This document shows, one piece after another, positions 8,853-17,627 of a stretch of DNA of 64,000 nt (position 1 is the stretch's first letter; every line of letters begins with the position of its first letter). Source of the stretch: an uncultured Pseudomonadota bacterium (GTDB lineage: Bacteria > Pseudomonadota > Alphaproteobacteria > Rs-D84). Position numbers and translations under genes: made by a program. The notes under the pieces are model-generated. The model worked only from the letters and a program-made list of their open reading frames with translations. It was not told the origin of the DNA and ran no database searches. The stretch covers positions 9,448 to 73,447 of the forward strand of contig CASFOK010000007.1 of assembly GCA_949296475.1 (NCBI GenBank). The letters are read 5' to 3'.

Positions 8853-11306
8853 ATGAAAAAGAATTTACTTTTTATACTTATGTGTCTTTTATGCATTGAC
8901 AACGTCAATGCTGCTGTTCGTAATGAAACAGCAATAAGCCGTACCACCAGCGATAACGTAACAACGAATGCAATCGTCGCAAGAACAGCAACACCACAAA
9001 CGACAAGAACAAACAATTCACAAACGACTACGCGCACATCAGGTTCATCAACTGCACGTAATGCAGGGAACACCGTTAACCGCAGTGCAACTAATAGGAC
9101 AACTGTACAACAAAATGTTTCACGCAGTGCGACTAATCCGCGCAGCAACGCAACTACGTCTTCCGCTGCCAGAACCGCGACGAACGCATCGGTTGTACGC
9201 AGTGCTACGAACGCCAGAAAAACAGTCGCGAATATATCACAAGAATTTTCCAAGGCATCTATCGCACGCGCAACAACGCAGGCAACAAATACATTTGGTA
9301 CTGGATATAACATTTGTCGCGACGCTTACTTTACATGTATGGATCAGTTTTGTGCAAATGCAAATACCACATATCGCAGATGTGTATGTTCATCACGCTT
9401 AACAGATATACAAGATAAAGAACGCGCATTATCCCAAGCATCCACACAACTGCAAGATTTCAAAGATTTAAATATAGAGGTTATCCCAAAAACCGCTGCG
9501 GAAGTAAACGCAATGATATCCGCAAGCGAAGGTGAAAGTTCACTTTCTATGACCAAAAATACAACATCGGAAACATTGGCAGGCATCAGTGAAATATTAA
9601 GTTCAAACAAATCCAAATCTTTATCAACGCTTGGGACACTGGACATAGCAGGCGACATAAATCAAATTTGGGCAACAACTGATTTAGCATCAGGTCAGGC
9701 AATTTCTAGCCTAATGGGTGAATCGTTGTACAACGCAGTTCATGCGCAATGCTCGGAATTGGTAAAGACGAACTGCGGTGACAACACAACGCTACAAATG
9801 GTTGTATCGGCATATGGAATGTACATAGAAAACGATTGCACTACTTTGTTAAATACGTTGGATTCACAATTACAAAAAGCAAACAGCACCATACGTGAGA
9901 CAGAACGTGAAATGAATCTAGCAAGGCTAGAAAATTATAATGCGCACAACTCTACTGCTATAAACGATTGCATTGCACAGGTACGCAAAGACATAACAGC
10001 CGATACCGCATGCGGTACAGATTATGTCCACTGCTTGGATATCACAGGCAGATATCTTAACCATGACACCGGTGAACCGATTTATTCAAGGGATTTTTAT
10101 CAATTACAGAATCAAACTTCTTTGGACGGCGACGTATTGACGAACCCAACGAATCGCATGCTGGTAGCAGAATTAAACCGCAAGCGCGCGTTTGCAGAAA
10201 AAGGTCTGTCAACGTGCCAAGACATTGCTGACGAGGTATGGGACGAATTCATGCGCCAAGCAATTACAGAAATATACCAAGGGCAACAGGCAAAAATCAG
10301 AGACGTCAAAAATGATTGCCTTGATACTGTTAACTTATGCTACGACGAACAGAGTGAATCTTTGAAAGACTTTAGTAATATCAAAGAAGAATTATTATTG
10401 GGTTCCAGATTGGAATTATCAGAAGAACTATGCCAAGAAAAACTGTATGCATGCAGTAATTTATACGGTGATCCCAACGGTGATGGCCTTGATTTGTTGA
10501 TATCTGCGATGCACGACATAACAGACCAAAAGATTGCCAAAGAATGTCGGACACTATTGGAAGAATATGCCCAAGATTTGTGTACCGTGCCCAGCAACGA
10601 CAGCCTGCATTCTTATCCGTACGCCTGTCGCGTTTATGCACCTGGCGACCAAATTTACGCATCAAATTGGTATTGCAATCAATTACAATGGTCTACAAAC
10701 ACAGGCGGCACAACAGACGATTCAATTGGCCCCGCGCCCGCCAATGGTTATAACTGTCCGACATTCAAAAGGTACAAATCGTGTAATTTTGGATATTACC
10801 TTGCCACACTACAAACAGACGGAAATTGGATATACACATCAACGCCAATGTTTAATAACGCATGTATCAGATGTCCGTCTAACGCGCAATGCGCCGGTGG
10901 AACGACGGGCCCCGTATACGGCGATGAAAGCGGTGACGGTTCAGGTGCACCAGACTGCGGGACAGACTATGCGGGCAGTTTATATCAAAAGGTTGTAAAA
11001 TACGCAACCCAGGTATGCATACGTCCATCGGAACTAGAAAACATCATATCAGGGAAAACACAACTGCCCACAAATATATTAGAAGACGTAAATGTGGTAA
11101 TGGATTCAATTCGTGTATCCATGTCACAGTCTTTATCGGCAGAATGTGACAGGCTTGGTGGCACATGGGTAAACACACCATGGGTAGAGGGCTCAACCGG
11201 CGGTACAACGTTATTTAAAGCGTTCTATGATGAAACAGGCGCAAATACTAAGTGGGGATATTGTGCAGACCCCAGCAGCATTTCAACATTAAATTCTGGT
11301 AACTAG
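8853..11306 (+). CDS. Large secreted cysteine-rich protein, uncharacterised paralog family (P3)
   Basis: Signal peptide MKKNLLFILMCLLCIDNVNA. RSAT(N)-type repeat linker. Head motif ICRDAYFTCMDQFCANANTTYRRCVCS. Many paired Cys. CxxC-rich C-terminal module. Confidence 0.85.
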   Translation: MKKNLLFILMCLLCIDNVNAAVRNETAISRTTSDNVTTNAIVARTATPQTTRTNNSQTTTRTSGSSTARNAGNTVNRSATNRTTVQQNVSRSATNPRSNATTSSAARTATNASVVRSATNARKTVANISQEFSKASIARATTQATNTFGTGYNICRDAYFTCMDQFCANANTTYRRCVCSSRLTDIQDKERALSQASTQLQDFKDLNIEVIPKTAAEVNAMISASEGESSLSMTKNTTSETLAGISEILSSNKSKSLSTLGTLDIAGDINQIWATTDLASGQAISSLMGESLYNAVHAQCSELVKTNCGDNTTLQMVVSAYGMYIENDCTTLLNTLDSQLQKANSTIRETEREMNLARLENYNAHNSTAINDCIAQVRKDITADTACGTDYVHCLDITGRYLNHDTGEPIYSRDFYQLQNQTSLDGDVLTNPTNRMLVAELNRKRAFAEKGLSTCQDIADEVWDEFMRQAITEIYQGQQAKIRDVKNDCLDTVNLCYDEQSESLKDFSNIKEELLLGSRLELSEELCQEKLYACSNLYGDPNGDGLDLLISAMHDITDQKIAKECRTLLEEYAQDLCTVPSNDSLHSYPYACRVYAPGDQIYASNWYCNQLQWSTNTGGTTDDSIGPAPANGYNCPTFKRYKSCNFGYYLATLQTDGNWIYTSTPMFNNACIRCPSNAQCAGGTTGPVYGDESGDGSGAPDCGTDYAGSLYQKVVKYATQVCIRPSELENIISGKTQLPTNILEDVNVVMDSIRVSMSQSLSAECDRLGGTWVNTPWVEGSTGGTTLFKAFYDETGANTKWGYCADPSSISTLNSGN

Positions 11307-11388
11307 AAAAATTTTTATAAACCGTGATGAAAGGAATCTTGCGATAAAAAAAACTTTTTGATACAATACAAATTATAAAGAGTAAAGA

Positions 11389-12093
11389 ATGAGGAAAATT
11401 TTTACAGTTTCTTTTATAAGTTTACTTATTGCAAGCCCCGCCGTTTCCGCAACGCCGTGGTGGCAACAACCGACCGTATGTCGTCTTGACCCGACAAATT
11501 GTTATACCAGTATGGGCATCGGGTACGATAGTGAATTGTGGGATACTAACGGCGGTTGTTGGGGTATGAAATTAATCTGTCCCGAAGCATTGATAAGCAC
11601 ATCGGAAAGTCAACCCATACCTATGGGCAAATCAGACATCGCAAAAAGTAAAAATATAAAACAAGATTTTGATACGAATAAACTAAACGGCGATTGTTTC
11701 GGCGTTCGCAAGACTATTTCTGACGGCGCAATGGCGTCCGTTAACGGTCAATACGTAAAGGTTTGGTGTAACGGCGTTTTGAATAACCCAGATGAATTCT
11801 TACCAAACGGTGAAATAACATTCGGTGAACAACCCAGTTGTTCTGAATTGGCGGACTATGGTTATGTCGCCGTTGTAGATAATAATTGCTATGGGAAATA
11901 TTATGACCCTTCAGAATACCGTATTGAATGTGACAGCGATGATGTATTACCGTCTCGTTTGGTGATATTAAACGGCGCGGATTATTCTACTACATCGGGA
12001 AAATTCCCTGCCGACGTATCTGCTGCGAACAAAATATTTGACGCAATGGAAAACGTATCTGAAAATCAACGTTCAAAATACTATAAAAACTAA
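11389..12093 (+). CDS. Secreted Cys-containing hypothetical protein
   Basis: Signal peptide MRKIFTVSFISLLIASPAVSA. I count 10 Cys in the mature part. Same strand as P3 and 82 nt downstream of it. No recognisable domain. Confidence 0.7.
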   Translation: MRKIFTVSFISLLIASPAVSATPWWQQPTVCRLDPTNCYTSMGIGYDSELWDTNGGCWGMKLICPEALISTSESQPIPMGKSDIAKSKNIKQDFDTNKLNGDCFGVRKTISDGAMASVNGQYVKVWCNGVLNNPDEFLPNGEITFGEQPSCSELADYGYVAVVDNNCYGKYYDPSEYRIECDSDDVLPSRLVILNGADYSTTSGKFPADVSAANKIFDAMENVSENQRSKYYKN

Positions 12094-12130
12094 ATTCAAA
12101 TTTTGAAATTTATTTATCATGCACAAAAAC

Positions 12131-12164
12131 AAAAAAATCCCCATCATAAAATGGGGATTTTTTA
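12131..12164. terminator. Bidirectional rho-independent terminator
   Basis: A7 run, then AATCCCCAT/ATGGGGATT stem (12136-12159), then T6. It lies between convergent genes. Confidence 0.75.
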
Positions 12165-12175
12165 TAGCCTTGGAC

Positions 12176-15100
12176 TTAGAAATCATATCTGAATTTCAAC
12201 ATACCTGTTTGCGAGGTATAATCTTCGTGCAAATCCAAGTCATAGTTTACAGATATTTCTAAACCTTTGTATTCTGCGGTTAAACCTATGCCGAACTCGC
12301 CCCCCAAGCGTGACAGACGATTGCTGTTGACCATATAAGAAACAGCACCCGGCATCACAACTGTTGCAACCGCTTCGTCAGACAAGAAATCATACGTTGC
12401 AGCTGCACGTAATTCCGGACGGAATTTTAAAGTGTATTCCGTATCAATTCCGAAACCGTACTTTATGCCGGCAACGCCTGTTACATAGTCGGTATCACCA
12501 ACCTTTATATCTGCCAAGCCGTTATTATACTCATCTTGGGAGATATGCAAGTATCTGACACCTGCCTCTGGCGTAAATCCGATTGGGAGATCATATCCGC
12601 CCATAAACTGACCGCCAAAAGAGGTTACGTCATATTCTGAATCAATACCGATACCAAAAGCGCTTGTTTTTTCAGTATAATCCGCCATTGTGTAATTCAA
12701 CGCAGCGTTTACATACCACGCAGCAGGCTTGTACTGCGCATAAGCAAATATACTGTTGCTTTCAATATCTGTATCGCGTGCATTATCGGCATGAACATCT
12801 GTTGTGTTATAAGCATATCCAACACCGATTGTATAAGCACGATTAATCAATGTATCTGCCCCGACAGCAACACCGCGGGTATAACCATGGAACTGCCCAT
12901 TTAGTTTAGACTTATTGAATAACCCTTGGGCCCATACACCATAATCTGCTGTTACTGCATCACCACCGCTGCGCCCCGTCGCGCCACCAGACATACGTCC
13001 AGACGCCAAAGACAATACTTGGTTCTGAACTGATGTTGCAACAGAATGAGCAACAGGTTTATCATCTGCTTTTAATTTTGCAGATTCTGCTTCTACGTAT
13101 TCGGTATTACCTTCTGCCAAAGCCTGTTGCGCATTCAGTGCGGCAATGCCCATATCATAACTATCACTGTTTGCCAATCCGGCCAATACACTTGCGGAAC
13201 CCACAGACAGATTTGTTGCTGCGACAATTTCTTCAACGGCTTTTGTATTAACCACGATTTCATTATTTTGGTTGACAGATACATCATATAAAGCATCGTT
13301 TGCGTTTATGTTCAAACCGTCAACATCCGCCAAGGTACCATTTGCAAAGATATCGTATACACCCACGGCACCTATGTTTAACGTCAACGACTTGTCCCCA
13401 TTTATTTCAACGTTTTCACCTACAATCTTTCCATAAGATTGCGAGTTTATGATAGACACAGCCAAATTACCGTTTAAATTAATATTACTTTGTTCAACTG
13501 TTGCCGTACCTATATCCAAGGTTGCACCGCTATCAAGATTTAAAGTCCCGGTTCCTGTTATGCCACCGCCAATAGAAGTGGAACCGTCAGAAATTGTCAA
13601 TGTACCAAGATTATAAATATCGTTACTTACATCACCCGTCATATTACCCGAGAACAGGTTTGTACCCTTGAAATTTATGACACCAGATTTATCGTTATAA
13701 ATTGCACCGCCTTGAATACTTACGTCATTTTTTCTGACTGTTGCGGAATTTCCGATAAATTGCGTATTAGAAATTTCCGAAATGGTGCCCTCGTTCCACA
13801 AAGCCCCGCCGTTTGTACCCATATTGTTTTGAAACGTAGAGCCTGTTATTGACGCTATTGTGCCCTGATTTTTTATTGCACCACCTTGTGACGCGATATT
13901 CCCGTTAAATACAGAATCAGATATATTGTTTATCTGTCCTGATGCATCTGTATTATTAATCGCACCGCCCTGTTGCGAGATATTATTAAAGAAGTTCATC
14001 CCTTGTAAAGAATCTATTGTACCATTGTTATAAATGGCACCCCCAGCATACCCCGCCCTATTTCCATAGAACGTTAAACCGTCTGCAAGATTCAAGTTTC
14101 CAGAATTAAATATCGCACCCCCGGCAGAACCAGATTCATGTGTGTCACTTTCTGCTGCGACATTGTTATTAGTAAAGTGCCCGTTTATTGTTGCCGTGCC
14201 AGAATTATATAACGCGCCACCATTCGCTGTTCCACCAACAGAAGAAGCAAAATTATTAATAAAGTTCCCTTCGGCAGAAAAAGTACCCTCGTTATAAACA
14301 GCACCGCCAAACGCATCTGTTGCATTTGTCGTCACACCATTACCCCCAAACATGCCCTTTACATTAACTTCGGCACCCGTGACACCAGACTTAACATTCT
14401 TAATGGAAATAGCACCGCCTGTTGACGTTTTTTTATAATCAGGATTTTCAAACATGTTGTTTGAAGCCTTTGCAATTACCCTGTTATTTATAAAATTACC
14501 GTTTATTTGGTCAATGTTTGCATCATATCCTGTCTGCCCTTCTCTGTCGGCACCGCCTTTAAGATATATCGCGCCACCATTTGCATAAGCGTCACCAGTC
14601 GCACTGTTACCTATAAAATTACCATTTATTGTTCCAATACTTGCAGGTCCGCCATTTCCATTATTATATTGACCTTCTATATGAATGGCGCCACCACCAG
14701 CAGATACTTGTGATTTATTGTCTGTGTATTTTGAAGCGCCATCTGCACCTACATAAGTAGAAGAAATACTATTATTCGTAAAATCACCATTTATTTCATT
14801 TATGTTGGAACCCGCATACAACGCAAACACAGCACCATTTGCAGTAGCCTTGGACGCTGTTTCAGAAGTATTTGTGACAGAATTATTACTGAATGTACCG
14901 TTTATAGTACCTAAACTGCCTTTACTATAAAGAACAGACCCCTGTCCGACAACTTCACTGCCTGTTCCATTTTTAGATACGATAATTTTATTACCGTCAA
15001 CTTTTCCCGCATCAATTACAACATCTGCATAATCATCACCTGATATATTCAAAATTCCACCGGTAACAGATGTATTTCCATCGGGTTTAACAACAACGCC

Positions 15101-15217
15101 GCTCCAACTTTCAACGTTTTCAGGATTGGTAGCCGCGGCAAAAGAGCCCGTTGAAATCATGCCACACACCGCAAACACAGGCAGTACAGAACATGCTTTA
15201 AGTAGTTTATTAGACAT
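12176..15217 (-). CDS. Autotransporter with polymorphic-membrane-protein (Pmp) type repeats
   Basis: Signal peptide. More than 10 alternating GGA[ILV] (GGAIY, GGAIS, GGAVY, GGALY, GGAIF...) and FxxN (FSNN, FTNN, FINN, FIGN...) motifs. The C-terminal beta-barrel domain ends ...LKFRYDF. Confidence 0.85.
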   Translation of the reverse strand: MSNKLLKACSVLPVFAVCGMISTGSFAAATNPENVESWSGVVVKPDGNTSVTGGILNISGDDYADVVIDAGKVDGNKIIVSKNGTGSEVVGQGSVLYSKGSLGTINGTFSNNSVTNTSETASKATANGAVFALYAGSNINEINGDFTNNSISSTYVGADGASKYTDNKSQVSAGGGAIHIEGQYNNGNGGPASIGTINGNFIGNSATGDAYANGGAIYLKGGADREGQTGYDANIDQINGNFINNRVIAKASNNMFENPDYKKTSTGGAISIKNVKSGVTGAEVNVKGMFGGNGVTTNATDAFGGAVYNEGTFSAEGNFINNFASSVGGTANGGALYNSGTATINGHFTNNNVAAESDTHESGSAGGAIFNSGNLNLADGLTFYGNRAGYAGGAIYNNGTIDSLQGMNFFNNISQQGGAINNTDASGQINNISDSVFNGNIASQGGAIKNQGTIASITGSTFQNNMGTNGGALWNEGTISEISNTQFIGNSATVRKNDVSIQGGAIYNDKSGVINFKGTNLFSGNMTGDVSNDIYNLGTLTISDGSTSIGGGITGTGTLNLDSGATLDIGTATVEQSNINLNGNLAVSIINSQSYGKIVGENVEINGDKSLTLNIGAVGVYDIFANGTLADVDGLNINANDALYDVSVNQNNEIVVNTKAVEEIVAATNLSVGSASVLAGLANSDSYDMGIAALNAQQALAEGNTEYVEAESAKLKADDKPVAHSVATSVQNQVLSLASGRMSGGATGRSGGDAVTADYGVWAQGLFNKSKLNGQFHGYTRGVAVGADTLINRAYTIGVGYAYNTTDVHADNARDTDIESNSIFAYAQYKPAAWYVNAALNYTMADYTEKTSAFGIGIDSEYDVTSFGGQFMGGYDLPIGFTPEAGVRYLHISQDEYNNGLADIKVGDTDYVTGVAGIKYGFGIDTEYTLKFRPELRAAATYDFLSDEAVATVVMPGAVSYMVNSNRLSRLGGEFGIGLTAEYKGLEISVNYDLDLHEDYTSQTGMLKFRYDF

Positions 15218-15334
15218 ACTTTCTCCTTTTTATTTTTTATTATCCTTCCTGATACTTATAAAAGTATCACACGGATAACAAAATTCAATAAAAATATAAT
15301 CGGATTTTTTTCTTTATATGTAAATTAACGACAC

Positions 15335-17161
15335 TTATTCTTGCAAGAAACCGCCTGACTGCATATTCCACAAGCGCCAATATTCCCCGTGTTTTCTTAA
15401 CAAGGCTTTATGAGTCCCCTGCTCAACAATTCGCCCATTTTTCATAACAACGATTTTATCCATATTTCGCAACGTTGATAAACGATGCGCAATCGCAAGA
15501 GTTGTACGTCCACGTGCCAAAACATCAAATGACTTTTGAATTGCTACCTCGGTTTCACTATCCAGTGCCGACGTAGCCTCATCCAAAATTAATATCGGTG
15601 AATTTTTCAAAAACGCGCGTGCAATAGCAACTCTTTGTCTTTGACCGCCAGATAATTTAATTCCCCTATCCCCGACCATTGAATCATACTTTTTTTCTGT
15701 TCCCATTATAAAATCATGTGCAGACGCTTCTTTGGCCGCAGAAATAATTTCTTTCTTTGTCGCGCCAGGTTTACCATATTCAATATTTTCACGCAACGTA
15801 CGATTAAACATTGTTGGCTCTTGAGGAATAAATGAAATGTTTTTGCGTAACGAATCTTGGGACACATCACGAATGTTTTGCCCGTCAATTAAGATGTCGC
15901 CCTTGTTAGGATCATAAAAGCGCATCAACAAATTAACCAAGGTCGTTTTCCCTGCCCCTGACGGTCCAACCAGTCCGACACGTTCGCCCGGCTTTATTGT
16001 CAAATTAAAGTCTTTCAATATCCATTTCTTTTTATACTTAAAGAACAAATGTTTGATTTCAATTTTACCATTTTTAACAACTAAATCAGGAGCATCGTCT
16101 ATATCAGTAATATCAACTGGGACAACCAATTCACTATAAGCCTTGGATGCAGAACCCAACGCTTCTACTATTGGTGGTATAGTATTAACAATTTGCGCGA
16201 TTAACCCCATAACGCTGAAAAATACCGATGTTGTAAATACTATATCTGACAACAGCATTTCACCATTCATATATAACACGATACACAACACCAAGGTACA
16301 ACCAAAGGCAATATCCCAAACTATATTCGGCACGCTCCAGAACAACCGAGATAAAAATAATGACTTTACAGTATCTTTTATGCTTTTCTTTCTTGGCGCG
16401 TCCAGATGTTGATGTTCTATTTTTGCGCCGGCAAACAGTTTCACAACAGAAAAGTTTGAAACGCTGTCAACGATCTTACCGGATAAAAAACTTTTTGATG
16501 AACTTGCCGCTTTGGCGGCGTTTTGCATTGGTTTCAACATTGCAATGCCGAAAATTAATCTAAACACAAAAACGCACGCAAATATAATCGCCACCCACTT
16601 GTTAATTCCTAGAATCAGAACAACATTAATCGCTATTACGCCGATAGAGAAGAACATTCGCAAAAAATGTTCTATACAATTTAAACCTTGGGATACATAA
16701 TTTATCTGTGAATTAATAGAGCCCGCCATCCGCCCCGTCCAAAAAGACATAGATTGCGCATGAGAATAATCAGTTAAAAATTCCGAAATTTTTTGTTCAA
16801 TCTGTGGTTTCCAATGGGCGAAAACCGTAGTACGCAGATAAAAGCACACATCCCACAAAATAAACATCAACACAAACAAAAATATCGTCGGCATTGCGAA
16901 CTCTAAAAAAGACATGTTTGCAGGGACGGTTTTCTCAAACAAAGCGATAAACGCCTTTTGCAACATTGGATACAAAACAGCATCGGACATAGTAATTGCG
17001 AATAAAACGGTGTATAAAAACAACCTCCACCAATATCCACGAAAAGCATATTTGAAATAAAAACGCCACAACGAATCAGGTAAAATTTGTTTGCCATTTT
17101 TTTGTATTTTGGGATTTTTTTGTTTGTTACTTTTCATAATTTGCACCGATTTTCTGCCCAT
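15335..17161 (-). CDS. ABC transporter, fused permease/ATP-binding (MsbA/ABCB-like exporter)
   Basis: Six-TM N-terminal half. Walker A GPSGAGKTT, signature LSGGQRQRVAIARA, Walker B ILILDEATSALD. The exact start is uncertain. Confidence 0.88.
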   Translation of the reverse strand: MGRKSVQIMKSNKQKNPKIQKNGKQILPDSLWRFYFKYAFRGYWWRLFLYTVLFAITMSDAVLYPMLQKAFIALFEKTVPANMSFLEFAMPTIFLFVLMFILWDVCFYLRTTVFAHWKPQIEQKISEFLTDYSHAQSMSFWTGRMAGSINSQINYVSQGLNCIEHFLRMFFSIGVIAINVVLILGINKWVAIIFACVFVFRLIFGIAMLKPMQNAAKAASSSKSFLSGKIVDSVSNFSVVKLFAGAKIEHQHLDAPRKKSIKDTVKSLFLSRLFWSVPNIVWDIAFGCTLVLCIVLYMNGEMLLSDIVFTTSVFFSVMGLIAQIVNTIPPIVEALGSASKAYSELVVPVDITDIDDAPDLVVKNGKIEIKHLFFKYKKKWILKDFNLTIKPGERVGLVGPSGAGKTTLVNLLMRFYDPNKGDILIDGQNIRDVSQDSLRKNISFIPQEPTMFNRTLRENIEYGKPGATKKEIISAAKEASAHDFIMGTEKKYDSMVGDRGIKLSGGQRQRVAIARAFLKNSPILILDEATSALDSETEVAIQKSFDVLARGRTTLAIAHRLSTLRNMDKIVVMKNGRIVEQGTHKALLRKHGEYWRLWNMQSGGFLQE

Positions 17162-17231
17162 AATGCGAAAAATACTGTTTACTTACGATATCAAACAAAC
17201 ATGCATAAAACAAGGAAAAACAAATTTAGAC

Positions 17232-17260
17232 TTGCAAAATTATATAAAAGCCCCTATAAT
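17232..17260 (+). promoter_or_regulatory. Sigma70-type promoter for tRNA-Gln
   Basis: TTGCAA (17232-17237), 17-nt spacer, TATAAT (17255-17260). It ends 11 nt upstream of the tRNA 5' end. Confidence 0.6.
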
Positions 17261-17271
17261 CTGCGTCACAT

Positions 17272-17345
17272 TGGGGCATAGTTTAATGGTAGAACTCCGG
17301 ACTCTGACTCCGTTGGTATTGGTTCGAATCCAGTTGCCCCAACCA
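17272..17345 (+). tRNA. tRNA-Gln (anticodon CUG)
   Basis: Hand-folded cloverleaf. 7-bp acceptor stem TGGGGCA/TGCCCCA. D stem GTTT/GAAC. Anticodon loop CTCTGAC with CTG at 17304-17306. T arm ATTGG-TTCGAAT-CCAGT. Encoded ACCA tail. There is one C-U mismatch at the base of the anticodon stem. Confidence 0.85.
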
Positions 17346-17389
17346 AGAATTTAACCCGCCTTGTGCGGGTTTAATTATTGGTCTTGTGG
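17343..17389 (+). repeat. 47-bp direct repeat, copy 1 (includes the tRNA CCA end and a terminator hairpin)
   Basis: CCAAGAATTTAACCCGCCTTGTGCGGGTTTAATTATTGGTCTTGTGG is identical to 17523-17569. The internal AACCCGC/GCGGGTT hairpin (17353-17371) plus T-rich tail looks like the tRNA terminator. Confidence 0.85.
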
Positions 17390-17505
17390 TGTTGGTTCAA
17401 TCACACAACGAAGTTGTTTGGTTCAACAATGAGTAGATTTGATAAGCCAGCGCAATCAAATCGTCACGAATGCCCCGCAGGACATATATTTATATATGCC
17501 CGAGG

Positions 17506-17525
17506 GAATCAGTTGCGACCCGCCA
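17506..17525 (+). pseudogene. Degenerate tRNA-Gln 3'-end fragment
   Basis: GAATCAGTTGCGACCCGCCA compared with the genuine 3' end GAATCCAGTTGCCCCAACCA (17326-17345). The GAATC, AGTTGC and CCA blocks are shared. The 47-bp repeat follows immediately. Confidence 0.45.
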
Positions 17526-17569
17526 AGAATTTAACCCGCCTTGTGCGGGTTTAATTATTGGTCTTGTGG
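17523..17569 (+). repeat. 47-bp direct repeat, copy 2
   Basis: Perfect copy of 17343-17389, 180 bp downstream. Confidence 0.85.
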
Positions 17570-17627
17570 CTTTCGCAAAAACGCAACAATGTTTTACTTA
17601 TCAAATACATTATGCTATAATCACGAT

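Noticed and set aside
8816-9402. ORFs 8816-9313 (-) and 8968-9402 (+) overlapping the 5' part of P3
   Set aside because: They fall in the locally GC-rich, stop-poor RSAT repeat linker of P3. Their translations are low-complexity and lack start context. They are artefacts of repeat composition.
15335-17161. Type I secretion system for the neighbouring giant proteins
   Set aside because: There is only a fused ABC exporter, with no membrane-fusion protein or TolC-like gene nearby. The large neighbours have N-terminal Sec signal peptides or autotransporter barrels rather than C-terminal T1SS signals or RTX repeats.
17272-17569. Intact integrative element or prophage at tRNA-Gln
   Set aside because: Only about 130 bp separates the direct repeats, and no integrase, excisionase or phage gene occurs anywhere in the window. 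At most this is a scar (reported as a finding).
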